Source: Podarcis erhardii (Eukaryota). From it: a stretch of 64,000 nucleotides of DNA. The notes under the pieces were generated by a model. The model searched no databases. It was not told where the DNA came from and was given only the letters and a program-made list of their open reading frames with translations. Each line of letters begins with the position of its first letter. Position 1 is the stretch's first letter. Made by a program: the position numbers and the translations under genes. Positions 38,272 to 49,213 of the stretch are shown piece after piece. The stretch lies in the NCBI GenBank assembly GCA_964252035.1, contig OZ176202.1; one strand, given 5' to 3'.

Positions 38272-39865
38272 TACATAACTAATTTGCTTCAGGACCCACT
38301 CCTCACTATATCTTTGGTCCTCCACATGTCACTGTTCCGTAGCAAGATGAGGGCTTCAGCAGGAAGGCTAGTTCTGTCCACTGGAAAATCAGAGCATTCA
38401 GAAATATAGTGGAGAACTCAGCCACACTAGTTTTCTTTTTAAAAAAGCATTTAAAATTATAACACTGTGACACTAGATGGTGCTGTAGTGTTTGATCCTT
38501 CAGCAACGTGATTTCCCATTATGAGCTTTACAACGTTTTTTCCCAAAACTTTTTTTGATGTGTCTAGATCCAGCTGAAGACCATAAGTCTCTGGAAATGG
38601 TCTGATAATGGGGTTAGTCGTCCACTGATTCATGGACCAGTTTACTTGGGGAATCACCTTGGCCCATATGTGCCCAATCAACTGCTTCAGTTTGCAAAAG
38701 TGGCAACATACTTCTTGTTTCACAGTTTAAGAAATTGATTTTTTAGGTTGGCAGCACCCACACTTTAAAACTCCTGACTATTGACATTAGGCAGGTGCAT
38801 TCACTGTAATTTTTCAGTGTCTGCTGAAAACATTTTTGTTTAGTCAGTCCTATCTAGATGTTGCTTTGTTTTAATCTTTTACTGCTAGTTTTAATTAATT
38901 TTTAATGTTTTAGTTGTTTTTTAACTGTTTTTAAAATAATTTTACTATCTCTTGTAAACAGCTAAGAAGTTTTATCGTGGAATATAATTTATTGTTCAAT
39001 TAATCAATTGGAACTTCTTCACCTGAATTGACTGAATAATTCAAACAAACTGACACATTATGAAAGGTAGAAAGTACAAGATGATTTAGACTGCAATGAA
39101 TTAAAAGCTCATCTCTTAATTGTGAGAAGGGAGCATCCATGTTTAGAGTTTAGCCATATTTCACAATTTCACAATTTTAAATATGCATGTCCCTAGAAAG
39201 ACAGTGTTTTGGTGACCAGCTAAGCTTATCACACCAAAATGATAAATGCCACCTTTTAGTATTTGACCTAACCACGCTTCAGACACAGCTGTGCAGAAAA
39301 GCCTCCAGAGCCTAGTTGTTGAGGCATTAAGGATGGAGAACCTGTGGCCCTTGTGGTGTGGCTGCACTTCCATTAGCCACAGCCCGTGGTCAGGAATGAT
39401 GTCGCTTTAGTTCACCAACATCTGAAAGTCCACAGGTTGGAAGCAAGGTTGCTGAACAAAGTTGAAGCTTGCCTTACACAGCCCAGGGAACCTTCTCAAC
39501 CAGAATCAGCCAAAACCTAGGCAGAGTCCTTCTACCTACTCTTAAAATAGTCATTTATGTGTTGCCCCAAAAGAGGAAATACATCCTGAAAAAGAGGACG
39601 AAGGAGGACACAGATTTGCATACCAGTTGCAAATGCTGCTTTCTACAACAGTGGGGAAGATGGTGATCAGGTGACCTGTGTGTCTTGCTCTGTCAGCTAA
39701 CCAGGTGTTAACTGTTGCTGAACAGTTTTGAGGTCTCTGCTCTGCCCTCATAGGATTCTGTATCGTTCAGTCCAGATCATTTGCATCTGTCAGGCCTTCA
39801 AGGAGAGAATGCCTTCAAATACAGAACGGTACAGACTGCATAAAGGCCCTTTGCTTACTTTAGCA

Positions 39866-40389
39866 CAGAGGTTGGGAACCTGAGGCCTTTTGGGGCTGAA
39901 TGCAGGCTTCTCTGCACATCTCTTGGGACTCTGCCCAGGCCATGCCTTATGTACTGAAGTTCTCACCCTGGGCCAGCAGGGGGATACTGTAGATATTTCA
40001 GGTCCACATATGCAAATAAGGGATCGAAAGTGACGTCCAGTGATTGGATAGTTGCAGAAAATGGTTACTGTTGCGTTCTAGTGGAGCTCTATATAAGCAG
40101 GCTGGCTGAACCCTTCAGTTCAGTTCTGTTCTGGCCTGTGAATAAACAAGAGCTGTTTGAAGAATCGCTGTGTCGTCTGATATGTTCACCCACAACTTAA
40201 CAGTCATACCTCTCACTGTGCCTTCCTCACATGCTTTTGCATAGCTGGAATGTATCCTTGAACTGTGATGATACCCAGATGGAGTGATGTGTGTCTGGTC
40301 ATCCCCACCATTGGTATGCAGCTATGCCGGAAGGTGACCTAAAATGTAATGTGGCCCCCAGGCTGCAAAGAGTTCCCCACTCCACCCTG
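39866..40389. mobile_element. Decayed hAT-like MITE interrupted by a solo LTR (ends approximate)
   Basis: cagaggttgggaacc and gttccccactcc termini, with an interior split by 39947-40202. Confidence 0.5.
39947..40202 (+). mobile_element. Solo LTR (5' end imperfect)
   Basis: Starts TTATGTACTGA like the Mag LTR and ends TAACA. Carries ATGCAAAT (40010), TGACGT, ATTGG, TATATAA (40090) and AATAAA (40141). No clean TSD. Confidence 0.7.
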
Positions 40390-40640
40390 GCTGTCATGGA
40401 GGCTTCCTAAGCTTGGTCAGACAAGCTTAGGCATTATGCCACTCCCTTCCTCTTTGGGTGTGGGTGTTTTTCCTTGTGTCTCTAGCCCAGAGACTGTAGT
40501 GCCTTAAATTCTGTGGGTTTTTCTGTACCTGTGTCTTGAAGAAATTCTCTGTGAGGGTTTTGGTTGGTTGGCTGGTTGTAAGTTGCTTTGGGGTGTCCTG
40601 GGCAAGATAAAGCGACTAACAAATTTAAATAGATAGATAG

Positions 40641-40981
40641 TGATGCTCTTTATTCAGCTCATAGTGGTGAGGAGGAATGAATGGATGTCCCCTCAAAGTA
40701 TCTGCTTTATATACATTATTTACACAATGGGCTGCACATGATTGGCTAATTCCAGGATTCTACTGTAGGCCAATCAGGTTGTGGATTCACTTCTATCTGG
40801 AGCATGATTGGGTGGTTCCTGCTAACCAATCATACTGCTGCATTGTTCTAGGACCAATCAGACTGCTGCATTCTGAATCCTATTGTTCTAGGACCAATCA
40901 GACTGCTGCCTTTTGGAGCCTATTGTTCTAGGACCAATCAGACTGCTGCAGTTTGGATCCTATTCAACTCAGTACATAACA
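40641..40981 (-). repeat. 3' LTR of the gypsy element (341 bp)
   Basis: Three 40-bp CCAAT units and a 29-bp deletion next to the terminus. Preceded on the minus strand by the PPT AGAGGGGAGGGG (40982-40993). Confidence 0.92.
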
Positions 40982-40991
40982 CCCCTCCCCT

Positions 40992-42896
40992 CTAAGTTCC
41001 AGTCCTGCCCGGAAGGTCGCATTCATAGTCCTCAAGGTACGCCGGTGGCCTACGTGTGCGTTGCGGCCTGGGGTGTTCCCTGGTCCGGGGTTCAGGTTCT
41101 GGCTCGTGTTCCAAGGATGGGGCTGTTTGGTCTGGCGCAACCGGCTCGCTCAGTCGTGGTTCTGGTTCCGGTGTCCTTTCGGCCTCGCGGGTCCTCTCTG
41201 TATTTACTGATTCTGCCTCTCCTGCTTGCCCCTGCTGCTCTATGGGCCTCACTACTGGCAGCTGTTGATATGCTTGGGCCAAGTCCAGCTTGCCAAAAAT
41301 TTTCGACCCAGCCAGGGTGGCAAGGACATGGCTGACCACTGGCACTGGGTATGCATGGGCCATGAGGGCCTTGTTTATGGTACATTTGTAGTCTGCGCAG
41401 ATGCGGACCGAACCATTAGGCTTGACGGGTGTGACGATTGGGGTTTCCCAGGGGGCATTAGGCACCGGCTCCAGCACTCCTTGCTCCACGAGTCGGTCCA
41501 ATTCCTCGTCTATACGGGGTTTCAGGGCGAATGGGACCCGGCGGGCCTTGAGCCTGACTGGTCGTACTGCGGGGTCAAGCTGTAGAGCAATGGGGGGGCC
41601 CGTATACTGTCCCAATTTCCCATCGAAAACCCCCGGAAACTCCTTGCATATGGCGTCCACGTCCACTTGTAAGCTCATGTGGTTCACCCCGGTGATGGCT
41701 AGTCCCAGTGGTCCAAACCATGCCAACCCCAGTAAGCTAATGTAGGGGCCCTTGACCACAAGCAAGTCCAGTTGCCGCGTCCGCCCTCGGTATTGCACCC
41801 TGAAGGTCCCCACCCCCATTGTGGGGACCTTACGTTTCTGGAAGTCCCGGAGGGTGAATGGGGCCGGCCTGAGTTTGGGACCCCCAGTAGGACACAGTTT
41901 CCTTAAGGTCCTTGCCGAGATTATGGATAGAGTTGAACCCGTGTCAAGCTCCATGCGGCATGGGGCCCCCTCTATCTGTACCTCTACATAAATTTTCTCT
42001 ACGTTGGGGTGGGGCAACTGGTATACCTGGAAGTCTGTGAGCTCCGTCGAGTTGCCTTGGTGCGTTGGGCCCCGGGACCTGGGGCTCTTGGATTGGTCAT
42101 CTGATGCCTGGCTTCGGGTGGGCCGAGCCCGACACACCCGGGCGATGTGTCCCAATTTTCTGCACTGCCTGCACTCTGCGTTGCGGAAACGGCAGGTCCT
42201 CCTCTCGTGACTTTCTCCACAGCTTGCGCAGTTCCCTCCTTCTCGTCGAGGCAGCTGTGGTATGTGGGCTGCTTGAGTGCGCTGCTGTACTCGGTGCACC
42301 TCCTCCCTGTCGGATCCCGAGTCGTTGGTGAGGTCTTCGTGGTGGACCCTCGGTTGGGACGGCTGGCTCAGCCGTGCCTCTTGCGTCGACCTCTCAGCAG
42401 CTTCCGTTGCCAGGGCCTCCTCCAGAGCGACCTGGAACGTTAGGTTCTTCTTAGCGTAGAGGCGTCGTTGCAGCTTCTCATCCTTCAGGCCACCGACGAG
42501 GCGGTCACGAAGCATGTTCTCCAGCTCTGAGAAGTTGCAGAACCGGGCAGCTTGGCGGAGAGAGGTCACAAACCCAGTTATGGTTTCCCCAGGGGCTTGC
42601 CGCTTTGCGTAGAAGGCATTTCGACGAGCCACCACTGAGGGCTGTGGCGAAAAGTGCCCCTTCAGCTGTTCCATTATTGTTTTGTATGGAACAGTAGCGA
42701 CGTCTTCAGGCGCAAGGAGAGCCTGGGCGATTTCAAATGTCTCCTCTCCGCAGACGCTGAAGAATATTGCCCTCTTCTTGGCGTCTTCTTCATCGGTGAC
42801 CCCTTTGGCTTCTAGGAGGAAGGTGAAACGGGAGGCGTACGCTTCCCAGTCTCCAGATGCTGGGTTGAATGGCGAGAAGCTGCTGTCAGTTGCCAT
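40992..42896 (-). CDS. Gag-protease-truncated RT-integrase tail fusion ORF (634 aa)
   Basis: Gag with CX2CX3HX4C and CX2CX4HX4C knuckles, protease LDTGS and RT N-terminal motifs (WETPIVTPVKPNGSVRICADYK, KLDLAQAYQQL). It then jumps to a Pro/Glu-rich tail ending RTRRPPAYLEDY. No YxDD, RNase H or DDE motifs. Confidence 0.9.
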   Translation of the reverse strand: MATDSSFSPFNPASGDWEAYASRFTFLLEAKGVTDEEDAKKRAIFFSVCGEETFEIAQALLAPEDVATVPYKTIMEQLKGHFSPQPSVVARRNAFYAKRQAPGETITGFVTSLRQAARFCNFSELENMLRDRLVGGLKDEKLQRRLYAKKNLTFQVALEEALATEAAERSTQEARLSQPSQPRVHHEDLTNDSGSDREEVHRVQQRTQAAHIPQLPRREGGNCASCGESHERRTCRFRNAECRQCRKLGHIARVCRARPTRSQASDDQSKSPRSRGPTHQGNSTELTDFQVYQLPHPNVEKIYVEVQIEGAPCRMELDTGSTLSIISARTLRKLCPTGGPKLRPAPFTLRDFQKRKVPTMGVGTFRVQYRGRTRQLDLLVVKGPYISLLGLAWFGPLGLAITGVNHMSLQVDVDAICKEFPGVFDGKLGQYTGPPIALQLDPAVRPVRLKARRVPFALKPRIDEELDRLVEQGVLEPVPNAPWETPIVTPVKPNGSVRICADYKCTINKALMAHAYPVPVVSHVLATLAGSKIFGKLDLAQAYQQLPVVRPIEQQGQAGEAESVNTERTREAERTPEPEPRLSEPVAPDQTAPSLEHEPEPEPRTREHPRPQRTRRPPAYLEDYECDLPGRTGT

Positions 42897-43002
42897 TCTG
42901 AGTTCCTTGTGTCCCGGAGCTGAAGCCTGGATACACGGTGCGAGGCAGCGGTGCGGCAGGTGGCGGTGCTGCGGTGCTGTGTGTGGCAGTCAGCTCAGCG
43001 GG

Positions 43003-43020
43003 ATCCCACCTTCGTCGCCA
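43003..43020 (-). promoter_or_regulatory. Primer-binding site, probably tRNA-Ser(GCU)
   Basis: TGGCGACGAAGGTGGGAT lies one base from the 5' LTR and is complementary to a tRNA 3' end ...ATCCCACCTTCGTCGCCA. The Ser-GCU assignment is from recall. Confidence 0.75.
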
Positions 43021-43021
43021 G

Positions 43022-43351
43022 TGAAATATACTCAGAGTCGCAAAGTGATTTCATGCTCTTTATTCAGCTCATAGTGGTGAGGAGGAATGAATGGATGTCC
43101 CCTCAAAGTATCTGCTTTATATACATTATTTACACAATGGGCTGCACATGATTGGCTAATTCCAGGATTCTACTGTAGGCCAATCAGGTTGTGGATTCAC
43201 TTCTATCTGGAGCATGATTGGGTGGTTCCTGCTAACCAGTCATACTGCTGCATTGTTCTAGGACCAATCAGACTGCTGCATTCTGAATCCTATTGTTCTA
43301 GGACCAATCAGACTGCTGCCTTTTGGAGCCTATTCAACTCAGTACATAACA
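43022..43351 (-). repeat. 5' LTR of the gypsy element (330 bp)
   Basis: Minus strand TGTTATG...TTTCA, with two 40-bp CCAAT units. Confidence 0.92.
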
Positions 43352-45250
43352 GATAGATAAGGAACTGGAAACAGGATTACACAGGATCTCTTATTTCATA
43401 AGTTCCCCAGTAGAGAAACAGGCATTGTTTCTCACTTTCATTGGGAAAGTGTGGAGCAGAATGTCCACTTCGAAGCAAATCACACCAGAAAAGGCAGCAC
43501 AGGTTTACTGTGCCATGTTGTGAAGTCCTTACTCTCCTAAAGGTGGGGAACACACAGCAAAGTCCTTCTGAAGTTTGGCTACCACCCAACCAATGATGCA
43601 AGAATGCTTTAGTACCAGATGGAAAAACAAAACACACAGGTCAAACTACAGTAGAATGTTTAACTTTCCATCCTAACTGGTCCTGCCCTCTGATGAGGGT
43701 TATCAGTTTTATTTTATTATTTTTAATGGGTGATTTAATATCCTAATTGTGGGACTTGGCCCACGTTCCACTCAAATGTTTTAGCAAAGTCTGATGTCAA
43801 GAAAAGAATTGTGTTTTGGTGGTGTTGTTTTTTAATGCAGGGTGGCAGGGAGGGGGGAATAATGATCTTCAGAGAGTCTGACCTCTTGGCACAACAGAGA
43901 GATTTATCAGAGGGGGCATGTGACTAGTTAAGACACACAACCCCAGCTTGAAGGAAATAGCTGCTCATTTATGCTTTAACACTTGGCAGCTGGACAAAGA
44001 AGGGAGATGTTTGTGTTGAATACCTCCGCAGAACGAAGTACAGTAAGTAATTTTCCTTGTTGTCGTTAGGCTGGGTGTGTGTTTGCATTTTTATAAAGCC
44101 ACGACTGCTTCCTACTTTCTCTTCAAGCGTCTTGCAAAATCCCCGTGCAGCTGAGATGCAGCTTGTCACCACTTCACTGATCCAGTTCCAAAAACAGCAG
44201 TCTTTTCCAGGACCCATTATTAGCAAGACTCTCCTTTGTGTTATAAAATGGGGATCTGCCTTGCTGTGTTTTGCTTTAAGGAGGAAAAGGTAAAGTTGAA
44301 TAAAATAGTTGACGGTTTGGCTTGCCAGGTTCAGGAGAGGACAGAGGTGGTGTTGCAGTGATGGAGAAGCTGCTCCTGGGAAAGTTCTCCCTTCTGCAAA
44401 ACAATTACAGGTGTAAAAACCTGTCTTAGTTTGGAAGGGTGTGTGTCCCCTGTTAATGGTCTGATGATTTTCTTTCCCTGTCATGTTACAAAGTGGGTCA
44501 CAATGTAATGTCGTCTTTGTATTTCACTTTAGCTGTCCTGCTGCTGTTTACAAAGGAATTCATTCAAAGCAGCACAGTTTCGGGAGCTGTGGTGTGAGGG
44601 GGGTGGGGAGGTAGTTGGAAGGGCACTGACTTTTGGTTAATAAAAATGAAATGAGCAGAAATGCCTTATTTCATCAACTGTGCTTGAGAGCACTTCAGGA
44701 AACATTTGCATAACTAGTATACAGAGAAGGGAAAACTGGCTTGCAACAGGCACCAGGCTTACTGCCATTTAATATTTGCTCATATTTTGGGTGGGTGCGT
44801 GGTGTTACCATCATGCTCCTAGTGGGGGGCTGGCAGATAGCATGGGAGGGCGATTGCCTGTGTGCCCTGCTTGAGAACTTCCTGGAAATGACCCATTGGT
44901 CATGTTTCTTTAATTGGTCTTATCTAAAGACTGTTCCCAAAGTACTAGCATCATAACAGTGTAAAAACCAGTGACTTTTCCATTCATTTTGTTCCAAAAT
45001 TACATTGAAGTGTTAAATGATTGGCAGAAAATTATAGACCTTTCGGTTCATTAATATAGTGTCAGGGTCATGGGAAGTGAAACCAGACAGTGATGAAAAT
45101 GGGCCCTAAGTGTATCTTCTTAGAGTCTGGTTCTGAATAGGGCAGATCTCCCTTCTACGATTTTAATGTGTGTGTTTTTTACAGCTGTTCCAAATTTTGG
45201 AATGTTTATGCTGTATTACTTTAGCGTGAAGTGCCTTCGGAGGGTATATA

Positions 45251-45384
45251 CTAGGCGTAGGGAACCTGTGGCCCTCCAGATGTTTATTGAGCTCCAGATC
45301 CCATCAGCCCAAACCTGCACTGCCAATGGTCAGGGATGATGGGACTTCAACACATCTGGAGGGCTGCAAGTTCCCCCACCCTGG
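45251..45384. mobile_element. hAT-like fold-back MITE
   Basis: ggaacctgtggccctccagatg...catctggagggc...gttcccc arms, related to 18055. Confidence 0.7.
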
Positions 45385-45721
45385 TATGTGCCCTAAAAGA
45401 CAGAATAGAAATCTGTGTAGCGGTATTAGTAGTAATACATAATAATCCCTTTCCCAGAACATTTTCACACTATGTCTTTTTCCCAGAAGTAACAAAAAAT
45501 GGTAACAGACCTTTTGCACAATCTAGGCAAAGTTGCCCCAGATTATTGTAGGAGAACTCCATTTTCCTACCATTCAAACCGCAGTGTGGAGTTGCTGGGA
45601 AAATGGATCCTTCATCCAAGTGATGGCTTGTCTCAAAAAGCGTTGTTGCCCATGAGAAAGGACAAAATGGCATTTTTTTTCCTTTCCTGCCCTGTACCAC
45701 ATACAGAATCTTTGCCTTCTG

Positions 45722-45966
45722 GCGGTTCCCTCACTGTAAGAAGCGAAGTAACAGGGAACCAGGCAGAGGGCCTTCTTGGTAGTGGTGCCCGCCCTGTGGA
45801 AAGCCCTCCCATCAGATGTCAAAGAAATAAATAACTATCTGACTTTTAGAAGACATCTGAAGGCAGCCCTGTTTAGGGAAGCTTTTAATATTTGATGAAT
45901 TATTGTCTTTTAACATTTTGCTGGAAGCCGCCCAGAGTGGCTGGGGAAACCCAGCCAGATGGCGGG

Positions 45967-46015
<49 letters not shown>
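45722..46015 (+). mobile_element. L2 LINE 3' end with (AAT)n tail
   Basis: Typical squamate L2 terminus gccgcccagagtggctggggaaacccagccagatgg followed by (AAT)n. Confidence 0.7.
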
Positions 46016-46016
<1 letters not shown>

Positions 46017-46942
46017 TAATTAATATTCCCAGACTAAGCTGAATTGTACCTCAACACTGGTAGTGGAGCAGTGTTCTCTATCACACTTGAGGAAAATAGG
46101 CTAGCTAAGAAAGGGTAGGGTAGGGTGGGTGGCACAATGGCAGCTCTGCCCTCTAGCACGCTAGCACCTGACACAAAAGGCAGCTGCCCTACTCTGTCTC
46201 ACAGTAGGGCTGCCCCTGGAGAGCTCCCATTGCTGTCATTAGTGTTGATTACATTATGAGGAACTATTGCCTGGTGCTCTGTTCCCTCCACATGTCTGCA
46301 TCACTTGGAAAACATTTTTTTAAAGTTTTTTTTAAAAATAAAATAAAAAAGTTGCTGCTTAAACATGGGCTACGTTTTCCTTATATTTAGCAGCTGAGTA
46401 TTTCTCACCGTTCCATTGCAGTTGGAGTACCTATGTACCCTCCTAACAATCTTTTGAACAGCAAAAATCTATTGCATACGAGCTGCAAACAAATGATTTT
46501 CACTAATTTATTGTAGTTGAGTGTTCTGGATTGAGACCTTGATGTGTGTGTTTGCGTGAACTATTCCTTTTGTTCCATTTCAATGAAAATCTCCTCCCCT
46601 CCACACAGCTTCCAGTAGCCCAGATAGGAAAAATATATTTGCACACTTTGGGAAAATATATCATAGCAAACAACAGCTTTGGGGGGCAGTTTTCATTGGG
46701 GGAAGCATCAAGGAGGAAAGGGTCAATTCCCCTACCCTGTGCCACAGTCCCGATCCAGATCAACCCATCCCACCAACAGCTGCTCTTTGTAAACTTTTGT
46801 GAGTGGAGATGTAGTCACATATTTCTTTTGTCATGTCTAGTTTGGCCCTCAGAGCCTTTGAGCTGATGATACTCAGGATTCAACCTGGGACCATCTACAG
46901 CCAAAGCATGCCCTCTGCCACTCTTCTGAGAATGGACATTCC

Positions 46943-47089
46943 TTAGTGGTAGAACATCTCCTTCATATGTAGAAGGTCCCAGGTTCGATCCCAAGCATTG
47001 CTAGGTAGGGTTGGGAGAGACCCTTGCCTTGAAACCCTGGAGAGCTGCTGCCAGTCAGTGTAACTGATACTCGGCTAGATGGGCCATTA
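46943..47089 (+). mobile_element. Older tRNA-derived SINE (Squam3-like), with an inverted partner at about 46780-46920
   Basis: B box GGTTCGATCCC at 46982-46992 followed by gagagacccttgccttgaaaccctggagagctgctgccagtcag. The family name is tentative. Confidence 0.55.
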
Positions 47090-47229
47090 TAGGGTTGCCA
47101 TATATCCTCTTTTTCCAGGACAAGCCCTCTTTTCCATGGGTATGTAAAATGAAAGTCGTCATAGGAGATCCATAGTTAAAAACTGGCAAATGTGTCCTCT
47201 TTTTTGCTCTTCAAAATATGGCAACCCTA
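47090..47229. mobile_element. Small hAT (Blackjack/Tip100-like) MITE
   Basis: 11-bp TIR TAGGGTTGCCA / TGGCAACCCTA; no clear TSD. Confidence 0.6.
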
Positions 47230-49081
47230 GCACCAGTAAAGATGACATTGTATACCATAAGGCAGCTTGCTACATTGAGCCGTCCTGCATCTTTAACTGT
47301 TGTGAAACAGAGGATCTGATTTTGTACAACATTTCTGACCCTAGCTTCCAAAGCAGCACTTAGCAAAGAATAAATGAAGGGAAAGGAGCCGGGCTTGGTT
47401 GATTTTTGCCCAAAACAGAGCCTTACATTTACATGTTCAGGGGCAGTGCTCTAACCACTAGCATCTCCTTCCCCTTTGCCAGTTACTAAGAGGTTAGATC
47501 TAAGATTGCAGTCCTTAGCAAGGGCATATTAAAATGTGTTATCTCCCCATCACTACTTACTTTTCTGTGGTTTTTGGCCTTTCCCCCTATTCGATGCTGT
47601 CTTTACAGTGTATGAGCTCCTCGGTGATTTGTACATGTTTTTGTTTTGTTTTTTTACCGAGTAAGTGGAATTCCATGAGAGAGGGAGAATGGACAGCCCG
47701 TCAGCAGCAGCAGGCCAGGAGTGTGTGAAGTGGCAGCTTCCACTTAGGAGTTGCTAGAAACAACACATGGATTTTCCATTCAGCTGGAGGCTGATAATGT
47801 CTTTGCTGCAATTGGGAAGATGAATGGGCAGTAGAAAGAAAACACTCCTGAGCACCAGGAACAAAACACTATAGGCAGAGATCAAGACATAAAGCAAAAT
47901 AACACAGTCCTGCTAGACTGCTGGAAAAGGTGCTGTGCAAAGTCGAGGCACTGAATATGTAGCAATGTAGGCCCCCGTCCCCAAGAACTAAGCCAGTCCC
48001 AAAGCCAGGAACAATCTTACAGGTGGAAATTCCTGGCTGTCCTTTTGGTACTCACAGCCTGTACTTTTATGTGTGTGAGACAGAACAACCTGAAGGTTGC
48101 CAACTTTTCTCCTGCCTGGGATCCCACAACTTTTAACAGCTGCTTAATGAGCAAAAATATAGCAGGCAAAGCTTCTCCTGTCTGTTACACTATCAGAAGT
48201 TTTGCTTACTAAATTTCTGGTTCTCCCATCACGCTGCTCTTAAAGTCACAGTCCTGCCAGGGTGGGGGAAGCTGGCAATCCTACCTGAATGGTATAGCTC
48301 AGGTGTGGGGAACCTCTGTCCCATGGACCTGTGGCCCTCAGGGTTCTCCTCAGGCCATGGCCACTCTCCCCAAGCCCCAGATGGGCATCTGCGGGGACTC
48401 TTGGGGGAGGTCAAACTAAAACACTGAAAGGAGGAGCAGTCTAGTTTCTTGCAAATGAAATGAAATGAGAAGGATAGTGCCTGCACATTTTGCCTGATAT
48501 GTCAGGTTCTACAAATGCTAGCAACTTACTCGAAAGAAAGAAAGAAAGATAGAGAAAGAAAGAAGAGCTTTTTTAAAATACTGAGATTAAGATTGGGGAA
48601 GGGTATCACTTCCCCTGGCCCTCCCCCTCCCCGCAGCCACTGTGCTCCCCAGCCCCAATCTGCAAGTGCTTTTGCCCGACTGGAATATGTTCACAAACTG
48701 TGATAATGCCTCTTGCTTACTTAGATGGAGAGGGAGATTTGAAGCCATAATGGAGGCTACTCTCAAAAGGTACAAGTCATATCTGTTGCCACACTGACTT
48801 TTGGTCCTGTCCTTGCCTGCGATCGGCATGTGGCCTCTGGAATGTTGCCTACGAGAGAATACAGCCCTCAGTCTGAAAAAGGTTCCTTGCTCCTGGTGTA
48901 GATATATAAACAAGAAGAGCTGGTTCTGCTGAGAAGATGCATTTCACTTCTTGTATGGGCATATTATTAATTATCATCATCATCATCATCTTTAAAAAGA
49001 TGAGCTGAACCATAAATGTTTGGCCCACATATAAAACTGCAGTCTGGTTCTCTCTCCTCCCCACCTTATTTCTTTTTCCAG

Positions 49082-49213
49082 TTTGCTGGTGAAGTGGTGC
49101 AGATAATGCAACTGACAGAAATCTAATGGAGCCTCGGTTGCCACTGCTGCCGCCGCTGCTGCCCTTCTCTGATGTGGTGGAAGTGTATTTGTTCTTTTAA
49201 CAATTAAAGGACG
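49082..49213 (+). other. RASGRP3: 5' UTR part of the first coding exon of RASGRP3 (contains three uORFs)
   Basis: Acceptor tttctttttccag| at 49081/49082, with the main ATG at 49214. Confidence 0.7.

Larger units (their letters stand above)
40641..43351 (-). mobile_element. Ty3/gypsy (Mag-clade-like) LTR retrotransposon, internally deleted
   Basis: Two near-identical LTRs, a 5-bp TSD GATAG, PBS, PPT and a single gag-pol ORF. Confidence 0.95.

Noticed and set aside
40841-40960. CRISPR-like pattern: a 29-bp repeat with distinct 11-nt spacers
   Set aside because: The spacers are related to each other and far too short, and the array is the U3 tandem repeat of an LTR in a vertebrate genome with no cas genes.
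40913-43074. Many + strand ORFs of 60-140 aa over the gypsy element
   Set aside because: Antisense or alternative-frame shadows of the GC-rich gag-pol ORF.
43969-44484. 171-aa minus-strand ORF
   Set aside because: No homology recognised and atypical composition; likely a chance ORF.
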